Notes: a model not told the origin generated them from the sequence alone. A stretch of DNA of 64,000 nt from Deltaproteobacteria bacterium (GCA_033763315.1 JANRKS010000006.1:128001-192000), one strand, 5' to 3'; shown: positions 1-11,060, numbered from the stretch's first letter. Program-made: numbers and translations.

Positions 1-2
1 CT

Positions 3-203
3 GCATCCAACGTGACGATCACTGGTTACGTCAAAGGCTCCAGCACACGCAAGCAGCTGACCGTGACCGTTCCAACCACTCCCGACAACAACAGCACAGT
101 CAACGTGGCTCCCACGTTCTCGGGCTGGGATAACCTGGTCAAAGTTGAGGTTCGGGAAGTCGGCAACATGATCTGCGTCGATGACATCGGTCTCAAATCA
201 TAA
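3..203 (+). CDS. 3' end of a protein truncated by the window edge (probable beta-sandwich C-terminal domain)
   Basis: Frame is open from the window start (ASNVTITGYVKG...VDDIGLKS*), is rich in beta-strand residues and is followed by a terminator hairpin. Confidence 0.6.
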   Translation, partial: ASNVTITGYVKGSSTRKQLTVTVPTTPDNNSTVNVAPTFSGWDNLVKVEVREVGNMICVDDIGLKS

Positions 204-225
204 TTGCTCGACCAAACCACTTGTT

Positions 226-255
226 CAAAAGGCCATCCTCCGGGGTGGCCTTTTG
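226..255. terminator. Rho-independent terminator (bidirectional-type)
   Basis: CAAAAGGCCATCC-TCCG-GGGTGGCCTTTTG inverted repeat with A and T tracts, about 20 nt after the stop at 203. Confidence 0.75.
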
Positions 256-431
256 CTTGTTGTGGCTGCCTGGCTCGTTACCCAAGGGCTGACCGATTGG
301 CTCGGCAAGGGCGTTTGCTGGTCTTTTGCGGCGTGTGTGATTCGTGCAGTTGACGATCGTCAACTGGATATCCACCGGGACTAGGTAAGCCTAAAGTAGA
401 TGTTGACGGCAGTCCGCGTGGGTGAAAACAC

Positions 432-1070
432 ATGAGTGTCGACACAATTGGCGTGTTAATCGTTGACGATCACGACCTGGCTCGCGCAGGCCTTCGAGGC
501 CTCTTGGAAGACGAGCCAGATATAGACGTGCTGGGCGAACTGGAATCGGGCTTCGACGTTGTGGCGGCCTACCGCACCCTGGCGCCAACCGTGGTGCTTA
601 TGGACCTGCGCATGCCGGCGTTCGATGGCATTCACGCCACAGCCGCGTTGCTGCGCGAGTACCCCGACGCCAAGGTCTTGATCATTTCATCGTTTGGCAC
701 GCAGGAGGATGTGTTTCGCGCACACCAAAGCGGCGCCCGAGGATACTTGCTTAAAGAATCGAGGCGTCCGCTCATCCTCGAAGCCGTTCGGCGCGTGGCG
801 GAGGGGCAAAAGTTCACGCCTCCTGCGCTTGCCGAGCTGGTTGAGCTTCATAAGAGCCGACCCGCCCTGACCTCAAGAGATCGCCAGATTCTGCAACTGT
901 TGCAGGTGGGCCTCAACAACAGTGAGATTGCCGAGCGCCTCGCGTTGTCGCCCGGCACTGTGCGCATGTATGTAAGCCGAATCTTTGAGAAGGTCGGCGC
1001 CGCAAACCGCACCGAAGCTGTATCGCTGTGCATTCGCCGCGGCCTTTTGCCACCTGCGGACTACGTCTGA
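432..1070 (+). CDS. NarL/LuxR-family response regulator
   Basis: REC domain (VLIVDDH, VVLMDLRMP, GYLLK) plus LuxR HTH (LNNSEIAERLALSPGTVRMY...NRTEAV). Confidence 0.95.
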   Translation: MSVDTIGVLIVDDHDLARAGLRGLLEDEPDIDVLGELESGFDVVAAYRTLAPTVVLMDLRMPAFDGIHATAALLREYPDAKVLIISSFGTQEDVFRAHQSGARGYLLKESRRPLILEAVRRVAEGQKFTPPALAELVELHKSRPALTSRDRQILQLLQVGLNNSEIAERLALSPGTVRMYVSRIFEKVGAANRTEAVSLCIRRGLLPPADYV

Positions 1071-1086
1071 ACCCTTCGCGTGAGCG

Positions 1087-3996
1087 ATGATGAAGCGCGC
1101 GTGCTGGATGACATGCCTGGCCGCCTGTGCTGTGTATCTCTCCGAGGCACAGGCCGGTTCGCTTGTGGTCAAGGAGGTGGGCCGCGCCTGGAGTAGCCTA
1201 AACGACATGGCTCAATCAACAGACGGCTTCTTGTGGTTGGCCACAGACGATGGCCTTGTTCGCTTCGACGGTATGAATTTCGAGTACCACACGCGTCTGA
1301 AGAATCCGCGCCAGATCCCGTTTGACCGAATCATTTCACTTGCTGCGGCCGACGGTGACGGTGTGTGGGTGGGTTCTGCCAGTGGGGAGCTGTTCCGCAT
1401 GGACGCCTCAGGCACCACCGCGTATCGGTTGCCATCGAAGAGTGACGTCGCGTTCATCAAGCCGTCCGCGATGCAGGTGTGGGCGGCCGCTGGCTCAGAC
1501 TTGTTTGTCCTTCATGATCACGATGAAGCGTTCCGGCCGGGTGTTCGCTTCCCTGACGCCATTCGGGCCGTCGCAGCGCTGCCTCCTAATGGTTTGGCTG
1601 TATTGGTGGGTGAGCGCGCCATGACTGTTTCAACGGCGGGTGTGGTGAGGCCGTTGTTTGAGGGCAACGTGATGGCTTTGTCGGGAGACGGCATGGGCCG
1701 TGTGGTTGCCCTCGATCGAACCGGTGCCCTTTGGCAGCATCAGCAGGGCATCACAAAAAGACTGGGGACGTTCGCCTTTGAGGTCGACGCCTATACTTCC
1801 TTGGTACCGGGACCCGGGCCCGCGATCAGCGTGAGCACCCGACAGGGGACTTTTCTGTGGGATCAGAGCACGCAAGCTATGGAACTCGTGCACAAAGTCG
1901 ACAGCTCAAGGGTGCGCTTTAAGCTCTTGATAGATCGTGAAGGATCTTTGTGGATTGGTGGCGCGGTGACGCTTTGGCAAGCCAGCCGCCCCATGGTTCG
2001 GACGATTGCGGCTGACGTCAGCGACCCCACCGTATTCTCGATCGCACAGACGCAGGACGGAAGCCTGTGGCTCTCCACGCTCGATGGACTTACAAGCCTC
2101 GACAACGGCGAGACCAGGCTCTGGCGTTCTTACAAAGACGTTCCGTTTGGGTGCGTGCGATCGCTTGTCCCTCGCCGTGCGGGTGGCCTTTGGATCGCGT
2201 CGTGCACCGAAGGCTTAATCCTGTACGACCGCGGTGCGTTTACAGTGATGGGTGATGGCAATGCCGGCCAACGTACGCGGTTGCGCGTCGTCTTTGAGTC
2301 GCGTGATGGCACGGTTTGGCTCGGGCCACAAACGGGTGGCCTTATGGCTTTTCGCGAGGGTGTGTTTCGTTGGGTGATGCCCCCGACGTCGTCGTGTGAA
2401 ATTGGCGCGGCCGTTCACTGTCCCAGCGCCGTCGCCAATGTGGCCGAAACGTCCGACGGCAGCGTTTGGGTGGCCACCGAAGGCGCGGGGCTTTTTCAGG
2501 CGAAGAACGGCAGGGTTGAACCTTTCGGGCAGGGACACGGCTTGCGGTCCACGCGCCTACTAAGTCTGCTGGTTGACGACGTGGGAGACCTTTGGGTGGG
2601 TACCCGGGACGCGGGTGTGCTGCGCCTTAAGCACGGGCGCTTTGAAGCTTTGGGCGAGGCGCAGGGTCTGCCCACAGCCGACGTGAGTGGATTGGTGCAA
2701 GACGGTCTTGGGCACATGTGGTTCGGCAGCACCTCTGGCGTCTATTCGGTGGCGCTCACGCAAATCGAGGACGTCTTCGCGGGCCGTCGCCCCACGGTGC
2801 TGGCCACGCGCTATGGCGTCGAGGATGGCATGCCTTCGTCTCGCACCTCCGATCGGCAGTCGTCCACGGCTGTACGCGCGCAAGACGGCACATTATGGTT
2901 TGCCACACACGGAGGTGCCGCCGCATTTTCGCCGTTGGAACAGCAAAAGTGGCCACCGTTACCAGCTCCGGTGGTGGAGGTTTCTGTGGATGGTGCACCG
3001 TTTCTTCGTGTGACAGACAAGCAATGGTTTGACCTGCAAAGCTCCTCCCTGCAGGTTCGCTACGTGGTTCCCTATCTTTGGGCACCCCACCGGGTGCGTA
3101 CGAGTATCCGCCTGGGGGGCCAAGATGCATCGTGGCGCACGGCGGGGCATCACAACGCGATCGACTACGAAGGTGTTTCTGCTGGTCGGCGTGTGATGAC
3201 TTTGACGGCTAGTCTTTTCCCAGTGCCAGTGGCCGAGCAACGGCTTTCGGTAACACTGCATCGAGCCGGTTGGTGGAGCTCGCCGTTGGCGTGGCTTGCA
3301 GCCGCAGCGGCGTGCCTTTTACTCGCCTACGCCGGACACCGCACCTGGCTGCTGCGGCAGCGCCGTCACTTTGCTGCCATCTTTGCCGAGCGCAATCGAA
3401 TCGCGCGCGATCTGCACGATGGCCTGGCACAGGGCTTTGCGGCCATTAGCTATCAACTTGACCGCGTCGATTCCCGTTTAGACCAAGACGTCGACGCCGC
3501 ACGTGCGATGCTCGAACAAACACACGATCTCGTGAAGCGTTGTCGCGTGATGGCCCGTCATACCATTTTGGATCTTCGCCTCTCTGAGCAGCCGGAAGCG
3601 TCGAGCTTGAGCGAGGGGCTGCAGCGGCTTTGTTCCCAAGCAGGATTGGCGTCGAGCGCTCACGTCAACTTGACACAAGAGGGGGCGCCCCCGGTTTTGG
3701 CGTCAAAAGAGCGCCGTGAAATTCTTTTCATCGTCAAGGAAGCATTAACGAACGCGCTTGTGCATGGACGAGCGCAAAACGTTTCGATCACACTGAAATC
3801 CGAAGCTGATGGGACCGCCATTGTCATGGAAGATGATGGGCAGGGATTCGACCCGCGCGAGGCCACGCTGAAAGCGGGGGGGCATTTTGGCCTCAAGGGT
3901 ATGCGCGAGCGCGCGGCGATCATCGGCGCAAAATTTGACTTGAGCAGTGAGCCTGGGCACGGAACAAAGTTGCATCTTCGGCTAAGCGCAAGCTGA
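1087..3996 (+). CDS. Sensor histidine kinase with periplasmic beta-propeller (Reg_prop-like) repeats, HisKA_3 and HATPase domains
   Basis: Signal peptide, repeated DGxLW motifs and GLVRFDG, TM helix, ERNRIARDLHDGLAQ (H-box), EALTNA, EDDGQGF, GHFGLKGMRERA. Confidence 0.93.
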   Translation: MMKRACWMTCLAACAVYLSEAQAGSLVVKEVGRAWSSLNDMAQSTDGFLWLATDDGLVRFDGMNFEYHTRLKNPRQIPFDRIISLAAADGDGVWVGSASGELFRMDASGTTAYRLPSKSDVAFIKPSAMQVWAAAGSDLFVLHDHDEAFRPGVRFPDAIRAVAALPPNGLAVLVGERAMTVSTAGVVRPLFEGNVMALSGDGMGRVVALDRTGALWQHQQGITKRLGTFAFEVDAYTSLVPGPGPAISVSTRQGTFLWDQSTQAMELVHKVDSSRVRFKLLIDREGSLWIGGAVTLWQASRPMVRTIAADVSDPTVFSIAQTQDGSLWLSTLDGLTSLDNGETRLWRSYKDVPFGCVRSLVPRRAGGLWIASCTEGLILYDRGAFTVMGDGNAGQRTRLRVVFESRDGTVWLGPQTGGLMAFREGVFRWVMPPTSSCEIGAAVHCPSAVANVAETSDGSVWVATEGAGLFQAKNGRVEPFGQGHGLRSTRLLSLLVDDVGDLWVGTRDAGVLRLKHGRFEALGEAQGLPTADVSGLVQDGLGHMWFGSTSGVYSVALTQIEDVFAGRRPTVLATRYGVEDGMPSSRTSDRQSSTAVRAQDGTLWFATHGGAAAFSPLEQQKWPPLPAPVVEVSVDGAPFLRVTDKQWFDLQSSSLQVRYVVPYLWAPHRVRTSIRLGGQDASWRTAGHHNAIDYEGVSAGRRVMTLTASLFPVPVAEQRLSVTLHRAGWWSSPLAWLAAAAACLLLAYAGHRTWLLRQRRHFAAIFAERNRIARDLHDGLAQGFAAISYQLDRVDSRLDQDVDAARAMLEQTHDLVKRCRVMARHTILDLRLSEQPEASSLSEGLQRLCSQAGLASSAHVNLTQEGAPPVLASKERREILFIVKEALTNALVHGRAQNVSITLKSEADGTAIVMEDDGQGFDPREATLKAGGHFGLKGMRERAAIIGAKFDLSSEPGHGTKLHLRLSAS

Positions 3997-6206
3997 GCCC
4001 TTCTCCTGCTTTCTCAACCGTCGCCACCGATGCAGCACCGGTTCTGTATATCCGTTCGCTGCGGCTCGCCCGTTCGTGACCAACTCAATCGCGGCGAGAA
4101 AGGCGGCGGTGCGCGGCTGTGAACTTAATCGCGCGTGCGTCTTGTCGCCCTGGTTCTGCTGATCAACGACACGTGCCATGCGATCAAAGGCGTTGAGAAC
4201 TTGGTCGCGCGTGACGATGTTGTGGTGCAGCCAGTTGGCAATGTGTTGGCTGCTGATCCGAAGCGTGGCTCGGTCTTCCATCAGGCCCACGCCCTGAGCG
4301 TCAGGGATCTTCGAGCACCCAACTCCATGTTCGATCCACCGCGAGACGTATCCCAAAATGGCCTGACAATTGGCTTCAAGATCGCGCGTCACCTGATCTG
4401 GCGCCAAGCTCGCCATCAACAGCGGCGGGTGCAGGAGTTGTTGAGGGAAAGCGCGCGAACCCTGGCAGATCTGCTTTTGTTTCGCGGCGACATCCACGCA
4501 ATGATAGTGAATCGCATGTAGCGTGGCGGCCGTGGGCGATGGAACCCAGGCCGTGCTGGCGCCCGCCTCTGGGTGCGCCTGCTTTGCGGACATCATAGCC
4601 GCCATGGCGTCTGGCATCGCCCACATGCCCTTTCCGATCTGCGCTCGCCCGCCCAATCCTGCCCTGAGGCCCACGTCAACGTTCCAGGTCTCGTAGGCCA
4701 AAAACCAAGGCGCTGTCTTCATGTCGGCTTTTCGCATCACAGCCCCCGCCTCCATCACCGAGTGAATCTCGTCGCCTGTGCGGTCGAGAAACCCTGTGTT
4801 GATGAAGGCGAGCCGATCCTGGGCCGCCTTGATACAAGCGGGTAGGTTTATGCTTGTACGGCGCTCCTCGTCCATGATGCCAAGCTTGATGCTGTGGCTG
4901 GGTAGATCAAAAGCCTCTTCAACCATGGCGAACAAGCGAACGGTGAACGCGACCTCTTCCGGTCCGTGCAATTTGGGTTTTACGACGTAAAGATTACCCG
5001 CGCGGCTGTTGCGTAGACTCGTCCGGCCGGTCAGCTCGGGCAGGGCGCCCAAGGCGGTGGCCATGATGTCCAAGAAGCCCTCCGGAATGGGTTTGCCTTC
5101 TGGCGTGCGCACGTCGTCCGTGTACATGTGCAGTCCTACGTTGCGCGCCAAGAGCAGACTGCGGCCAGCCACAGAGAACGTTTCGCCGTCTCGGCCCGTG
5201 TAAGCGCGATCCGCGTTCAATCTTCGGAGCAGCCTCTGCCCGTTCTTCTCGAATGAGGCGCACAAGCGGCCCCGGATGAGCTCGCTCCAGTTCTTATAAA
5301 CCAACGACTTATCGTCTGCGTCTACCGCGGCCACAGAATCCTCGAAGTCGGCTATCGTCGTGACGGCCGCCTCCATGATCACATCGCGCAGTCCCGCCGC
5401 GAAGGTTCTATCGACTCCTGGCGCGCCGAACACGAGTTCGATGTGTAAACCGTTGTTCGCAAGAAGGACGGCTGTTGGTTTGTTTTCGGGGCCGCGAAAG
5501 CCCACAAACTTCTCCTTCGACGTCAACCTGACTTCGCGTCCCGTGTTTGTTGTGGCCACGAGGCACAGTTGCGCCTCCTCGGGGCTGATGGTGACCGTAT
5601 GTACATCGCACCACGCGGCGCCCTGCCAGGGCACAAATTGATCGAGCCATCCGAGGCACATCTTCACCACGTCGGCGCCGCGCTCGGCGTTGTACCCGTC
5701 GCCCCTGGCCGTTGCGCCGGTGTCGGGAATCAAGTCTGAGCCGTAGACGGCGTCAAAGAGGCTTCCCCAGCGGGCATGGCTGCATTTATCGCATAGCGCG
5801 CGTTGTCCACCGGCACGACCAATTGCGGGCCTGCCGTGTGGCTGATCTCCGCGTCCATGGCTGTGTCGGTGAGCGGGACTGCCGGGCCCTGGGGCAAAAG
5901 GTATCCGATGTCTCGCAAAAACCCTTCGTAACTTTGCAGGTCAACGTCACCGGGATGGCGGCTGTGCCAATCATCCAACCGCTTTTGCAGCTGGTCACGT
6001 TTGTGAAGAAGCAAATCGTTTTGCGTGCCCAAAGCGGCGACAATGCCCGCCAGCTTTGAGAAGAAATCCTCGACGAGAACTCCGGTCCCAGGCGCGAGGT
6101 GGTTGGCGATGGTTTCGTGGAGGGCGGGAGCCACCCAAAGGCCGCCGGAATGGACATAGTCGTCAAAGCTGCCTTTGGCTTGGTGTGCACCCTGATTGTC
6201 AGTCAC
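3982..6206 (-). pseudogene. glcB: Malate synthase G split by a 1-nt frameshift near 5777 (pseudogene or sequencing error)
   Basis: ORF 6206-5730 carries AGPQLVVPVDNARYAINAA. ORF 5733-3982 carries DFEDSVAAVD, KPKLHGP, GIMDEERRT, INTGFLDRTGD, WVPSPTAATLH and MEDRATLRISSQH. Adding one A to GCC-AT-GCC-CGC-TGG restores the conserved ANARWGSLFDAVYGSD. Confidence 0.9.
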
Positions 6207-6371
6207 GGCAGTCAGGCTTTTTCATCGAAGCGAATTGCACCATTGATGTTCGTCAACAATTGAACCCGAAAGGGCGCTTGGTGGCGCGGCGTGCGACTCA
6301 TCTTGGTCTTTCTTGGTCCGCGACCTTCTTCGGTTGATTCCCAGACCACTTTTGCCTAAACACGAGGCTTC

Positions 6372-7808
6372 ATGAAACTGCTGTCCGTGGTTCTGCTTGT
6401 GGGTGCCTGTTGTGTGAGCTGCCGTCTGCGAAGCACACCACGTGCCTTCTCCGCTGCGTCGACTTTCCCTTCGCCGCGCCTGTTGGTGTTAACCGACATC
6501 GGTGGGGATCCTGATGACGAGCAAGCCTTGGTTCGCCTCTTGGTGAACAATGATCAGTTTCGCATCGAAGGGCTTGTGGCTTCTGCTGCGGGAACGCCCG
6601 GGGAGACGGCGGATGGCACGCGACCCGATCTCATTCACAAATACATCGACGGTTACGCGAAGGTTTATGCAAACTTAAGCCAACATTCCGCTGCCTTCGC
6701 GTCGCCCGGGGCGTTGCGTGCCGTTGTTAAGTCGGGCAATCCACTCCGGGGGCGCGTCAACGTCGGAGAGGGACACGATACCGAAGGCTCGCGGTGGATT
6801 GTCGCCAAGGTTGATGAATCAAAGGAGCTTTTGCACATTGCGGTGTGGGGAGGCTCCACCGAATTGGCTCAAGCGCTGCACTTTGTGCAGCGTCATCGAT
6901 CCCCCGAACAGGTGAAAAGCTTTGTGTCGCGTCTGCGCGTTCATGCGATCGATCACCAAGACGATAGTGGTCCGTGGATCAACGAGACGTTTCCCGACTT
7001 GTTTTATGTACTTGATGTTGTGGATCCATCGCCTCGAACGGTAAACGGGGCAAAGATTGATCGGCGCCCCTCTGTTTACCGCGGCATGTACCTAAGCGGG
7101 GACGAAAGCCTCACGTCGTTGGCGTGGCTCAACGAGAACGTGAGGACAGGGCACGGCGCGCTGGGGGCCATGTATCCGCCACGCACATGGACCGCGCCCA
7201 ACCCGTATGGCGCCATGAAGGAGGGAGATACGCCGTCTTGGTTTTATTTCCTGCGCAACGGCCTGCAGGACAGCGAGAAGCCGTCGTGGGGTGGATGGGG
7301 AGGGCGGTTCAGCGATCCCCGTGCGGGCGATGGTGGCGCGGTTTTCAGAGACGCCAAAGATAAAGTTGGTGATACCGAAAACGCGCAGGTCACAGTTTCG
7401 CGGTGGCGCCAAGCCTTTCAAAATGCGTTTGCGGCTCGCATGGATTGGTGCGTCCTCCCGAGGAACCAAGCGAATCACGAACCCCACGTGCTTGTTGATG
7501 GCCACAAAGATAATCATGTGATGAGACGAACTGCGCATGCGGGCGAAACGCTTGCGTTCGATGCATCGCAATCGCGCGACCCGGACGGGCAACCCCTTTC
7601 GTATCTGTGGTGGGTTTACCCTGAGGCTGGCACCTTCCAGGGCCCCATCGATCTGTTGGGCGCGCAAACCCCCAGGGTGTCGCTTGCAGTTCCTGTCTCT
7701 GCAAGCGGCAAACAGATTCACATCATTCTTGAAGTCACCGACGCGGGCAACCCGGCCTTAACCGCGTATCAACGCATCGTTGTGGACGTGGCAGAAGGGG
7801 GGGGCTGA
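6372..7808 (+). CDS. DUF1593 / nucleoside-hydrolase-like (Sde182-type) exported protein with C-terminal Ig-like domain
   Basis: LTDIGGDPDDEQALVRLL, AVWGG, QDDSG, EGDTPSW, WGGWGGRF, FAARMDW and a C-terminal DASQSRDPDG...WWVYPEAG domain; Cys-containing signal peptide. Confidence 0.85.
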   Translation: MKLLSVVLLVGACCVSCRLRSTPRAFSAASTFPSPRLLVLTDIGGDPDDEQALVRLLVNNDQFRIEGLVASAAGTPGETADGTRPDLIHKYIDGYAKVYANLSQHSAAFASPGALRAVVKSGNPLRGRVNVGEGHDTEGSRWIVAKVDESKELLHIAVWGGSTELAQALHFVQRHRSPEQVKSFVSRLRVHAIDHQDDSGPWINETFPDLFYVLDVVDPSPRTVNGAKIDRRPSVYRGMYLSGDESLTSLAWLNENVRTGHGALGAMYPPRTWTAPNPYGAMKEGDTPSWFYFLRNGLQDSEKPSWGGWGGRFSDPRAGDGGAVFRDAKDKVGDTENAQVTVSRWRQAFQNAFAARMDWCVLPRNQANHEPHVLVDGHKDNHVMRRTAHAGETLAFDASQSRDPDGQPLSYLWWVYPEAGTFQGPIDLLGAQTPRVSLAVPVSASGKQIHIILEVTDAGNPALTAYQRIVVDVAEGGG

Positions 7809-7883
7809 AGCCTTGACTTGGTGCGGCCTTTTGGTTGAGCGGTCTCAACTGTCGGACGCGCAGAATTTCAAACATCCTTTCTT

Positions 7884-10800
7884 GTGCCACGGGGCCTCCT
7901 TCTGAACAGAACTGTGCATTCTTGGATACGAGTTAGTCGCTGGCCCGTCATCGCCCGCGGGCGCACAACTAAGACTCAAGCTGCGAACCATTTCTGCCGA
8001 ACCAAGTTTCGCTCGTCCGGCATTCCGTCGGCGTCCAGAGGAAAGCTGCCCTTGCTGGCGCGGTTCGTAACAACTCTGCTGCTTTGGGTCTCGCTGGTGT
8101 TACCGGTTGCTGAGGCGGCGCAGAAGCCCGGGTTTGGCCTGGGCGAACCCCAAGTCGTCGCACGCTGGGACAGTGGGATCCGGCCCGAGCAAATGGCGGT
8201 GACGAACGACGGCTTTTTGTGGATGATCGGAGCCGGTGCGTTGGTCCGCTTTGATGGCCAGCGCTTTCGCCGCTTCGATGCGGCAGAACGCCACAGCCAA
8301 GCGGCAGTCTCAAGCCTGCTTGTGGATCACGCAGGAAAATTGGTGGTGGGGACGTCCGCCGGAACGCTGCTGCAGTTGCGTGTGGGAAATGGCATTCGCT
8401 TTGCTGAAAGAAGCATCGGCCTTGCTTCAGCCATCACGGCTTTGGCTGAAGAACAACCCGGGATCTTGTGGATTGGGACGGCCCAGGGGCTTTGGCGAAA
8501 AAGCGAAACTGAAATGACAGCCCAAGCGGTGGTCCCAAACATCGACGTCACGGCGCTGGCTGTCGATTCGGTGGGCAACGTATGGGTGGGATCATCGACC
8601 TCGTTGATGGTCCTCAAGGACGCCGCATCTGCGCCTGTGGTTGTGCTGTCCGGCAAAGTTTCAGCCTTGGCCGTCGCCGGTGATGGCGGACTTTGGGCAG
8701 GTGTAAACCGTGCGCTCTTCGGGCACGTGCCCTCCGCTCCCGTAGACCAGTGGTCGCGGCAGCGCAACTACGTGAGCATCGCTATGGCTGCGCACAAGGG
8801 TGGTGATCTTTGGGTCGGGCGCGAAATGGCTGGCCTATACCGAATCAATTCACCTGACGTGGCGATTCTGCCGAAGGATGGTTTGCCCGATCTCAGCGTG
8901 GCGGCCTTGTCATTTGATGCCAATCGAAAACTGTGGGGAGCGACGAGTACGGGTACATTGTTTCTGATTGAGCCACGGCACGTTGCCAACCGCGGGGTTG
9001 AATCCGGCATCGGCCAGGGCCCGGGCCTGGCTTTGCTGCAAACGGGGCGAGGCGAGGTATACGAGACAAACACCAACGGCCTATGGCGAGTTGACCCATC
9101 TGCCAGCCCTTCTCCCGCGGCCAGTGTCAAGGTTTCCATCTCCGCACCGTGCGTCCGCGGCATGACGGAACTTGCTGACGGCACTGTTTTGGTCGCCTCG
9201 TGTACGGATGGATTGTGGGCGTTGCATACCGATGGCAGCACGAAGTTGTTGGAGCCTCAGCGACGATGGCTTCACAACGTTTGGAAGCGGTCCGCAGGCG
9301 GCGCGTGGGTGGCTGACGCGCGTGGCAGTTTGTTCCTTTACGAATCGGGCGACGACGTTCCGATCCCAGAACTGCAACGCTGTGGTGAAGTGAAAAGCGG
9401 CACGTGTCCGCACCAAATTCTCAGTTTGCTTGAAGTCGAACCTGATCACCTGTTGCTGGGAACGCGTGGCGGAGGGCTCTATGAGGTCCAGCATGGTGCC
9501 GTGGTCGCGCATCATCCTTTGGCAACATCGGACCCATCAGCGGCGGCGATCTTGGGCCTTGTTCGTGATCGTTCTTCCGCGGTCTGGATAGCCACGGCGG
9601 GTGAGGGCCTTTTCAGACAAAGCCTCGGTCGGCAACCGGTTCATGTGCCGCAGGAGGCGACGGGTTTGCCGCAGCGTCTGCATGGTCTTGTTCTTGATCG
9701 ACATGACAGATTCTGGCTTTCCTCCGAACAAGGCGTTTACCGGGTCCAAAGGCAAGCGCTTGTGGATCTGCTTGACGACCGACGAGAGTCTGCCGTTTCG
9801 CTGCACTTTGGCCTTGACTCCGGTTTAGAGACATTGCGATGCGCGCGCGATTTCTCGCCTTCGATGTTCATAACCCCGGACGATGTGGTCTTGGTTCCGA
9901 CGGTTGCAGGATTCTCCGCGTTCGATGCCAGCCGCGAAGACGTGGCGAACCATCGTTTGCAGTCGTTTGCCGAAAAGCTTTGGGTCAACAGCGATGAAGT
10001 TGCCTTGCCCTTTGCGGGCAACGCGGTTCCCGTTAGACGTGGCAATGGTCACGTAAGAGTTTCCGTGGCCGTCTCTGGGCTCGCCTCCCCACGCTCTTTG
10101 CAGGCCTCCGTACGCCTCGCGGGCCTGACCGCTTGGCAGCCTCTGCCGCCCGATGGTATTGCGGAATTCACGGGTGTCTCGTCAAGTGAGGCAACGGTTG
10201 AGTCAAAACTGGAGATGTTAGGTGGCGGTCCGATTGTGGTGCAGCGACTTTTAACCCTGCGCCTTATGTCGCTTTACGAACTGGGTTGGTTTCGCGCCGT
10301 GTTTGCCGCCATGATCGTGTTCGCCGCCGCCGCGGCTTACCTGCTGCGTGAACGGCACATCCGCCTGCGGTACCTCGCGGTTCTTGAAGAGCGCCGACGG
10401 CTTGCCCATGATCTTCACGACGCGCTTGCCGTGAGCTTCACGGGGATCAGCTATCAATTACACACGCTGGGCCAATCCCTTGGTCCTGAGTCGCCGGCCG
10501 AAGTGCGACGGTTGCTTAACGATGCGCAAGCGATGGTGAAGCATTCACGCCAAGAGGCGCGTCGCTCGGTGTGGGACATCCGATCATCGGCATTGGAACG
10601 TCGATCACTTCCCGAAGCGTTGCGTGCAACGGCCTCGGAATCAAACCGTGTGGGTACCGCCACGGTGACCGTGACCGTGGATCCAACGTATCAATCCATG
10701 AGTGGCTTGGTTGCCACAGAGGTGGCAGAAGCCCTGCTCCGCATTGCCCAAGAAGCCTTGGTAAATGCGATGGTTCATGGCCGCGCCAAGAATGTTGTTG

Positions 10801-11060
10801 TTTCACTAATCGGACTCGAAAAACGAGTCCAACTTGAAATCAAAGACGACGGCCTCGGCGCAGGACAGGTTGAAGATGGACTGCACTTTGGCCTCGTCGG
10901 CATGCGCGAGCGGGCCGAAACGTTGGGCGGCACATTTTCCATTCGGAGCTCACAGAATGAGGGCACAACGGTAACGGTTGTGATTCCTCTTGAAGGCAGA
11001 CGGCCTTGGGTCACCCGGTGGTTCGCCGCCAAGAAAAAGAGGAACGAAAATGAAGAGTGA
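7884..11060 (+). CDS. Second beta-propeller sensor histidine kinase (HisKA_3); true start probably about 150-170 nt downstream
   Basis: DGFLW...LVRFDG, propeller repeats, TM helix, ERRRLAHDLHDALA, QEALVNA, KDDGLG, HFGLVGMRERA. Confidence 0.92.
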   Translation: MPRGLLLNRTVHSWIRVSRWPVIARGRTTKTQAANHFCRTKFRSSGIPSASRGKLPLLARFVTTLLLWVSLVLPVAEAAQKPGFGLGEPQVVARWDSGIRPEQMAVTNDGFLWMIGAGALVRFDGQRFRRFDAAERHSQAAVSSLLVDHAGKLVVGTSAGTLLQLRVGNGIRFAERSIGLASAITALAEEQPGILWIGTAQGLWRKSETEMTAQAVVPNIDVTALAVDSVGNVWVGSSTSLMVLKDAASAPVVVLSGKVSALAVAGDGGLWAGVNRALFGHVPSAPVDQWSRQRNYVSIAMAAHKGGDLWVGREMAGLYRINSPDVAILPKDGLPDLSVAALSFDANRKLWGATSTGTLFLIEPRHVANRGVESGIGQGPGLALLQTGRGEVYETNTNGLWRVDPSASPSPAASVKVSISAPCVRGMTELADGTVLVASCTDGLWALHTDGSTKLLEPQRRWLHNVWKRSAGGAWVADARGSLFLYESGDDVPIPELQRCGEVKSGTCPHQILSLLEVEPDHLLLGTRGGGLYEVQHGAVVAHHPLATSDPSAAAILGLVRDRSSAVWIATAGEGLFRQSLGRQPVHVPQEATGLPQRLHGLVLDRHDRFWLSSEQGVYRVQRQALVDLLDDRRESAVSLHFGLDSGLETLRCARDFSPSMFITPDDVVLVPTVAGFSAFDASREDVANHRLQSFAEKLWVNSDEVALPFAGNAVPVRRGNGHVRVSVAVSGLASPRSLQASVRLAGLTAWQPLPPDGIAEFTGVSSSEATVESKLEMLGGGPIVVQRLLTLRLMSLYELGWFRAVFAAMIVFAAAAAYLLRERHIRLRYLAVLEERRRLAHDLHDALAVSFTGISYQLHTLGQSLGPESPAEVRRLLNDAQAMVKHSRQEARRSVWDIRSSALERRSLPEALRATASESNRVGTATVTVTVDPTYQSMSGLVATEVAEALLRIAQEALVNAMVHGRAKNVVVSLIGLEKRVQLEIKDDGLGAGQVEDGLHFGLVGMRERAETLGGTFSIRSSQNEGTTVTVVIPLEGRRPWVTRWFAAKKKRNENEE

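Noticed and set aside
5760-5790. Programmed ribosomal frameshift in glcB
   Set aside because: There is no slippery heptamer or stimulatory structure; a simple 1-nt deletion explains the break.
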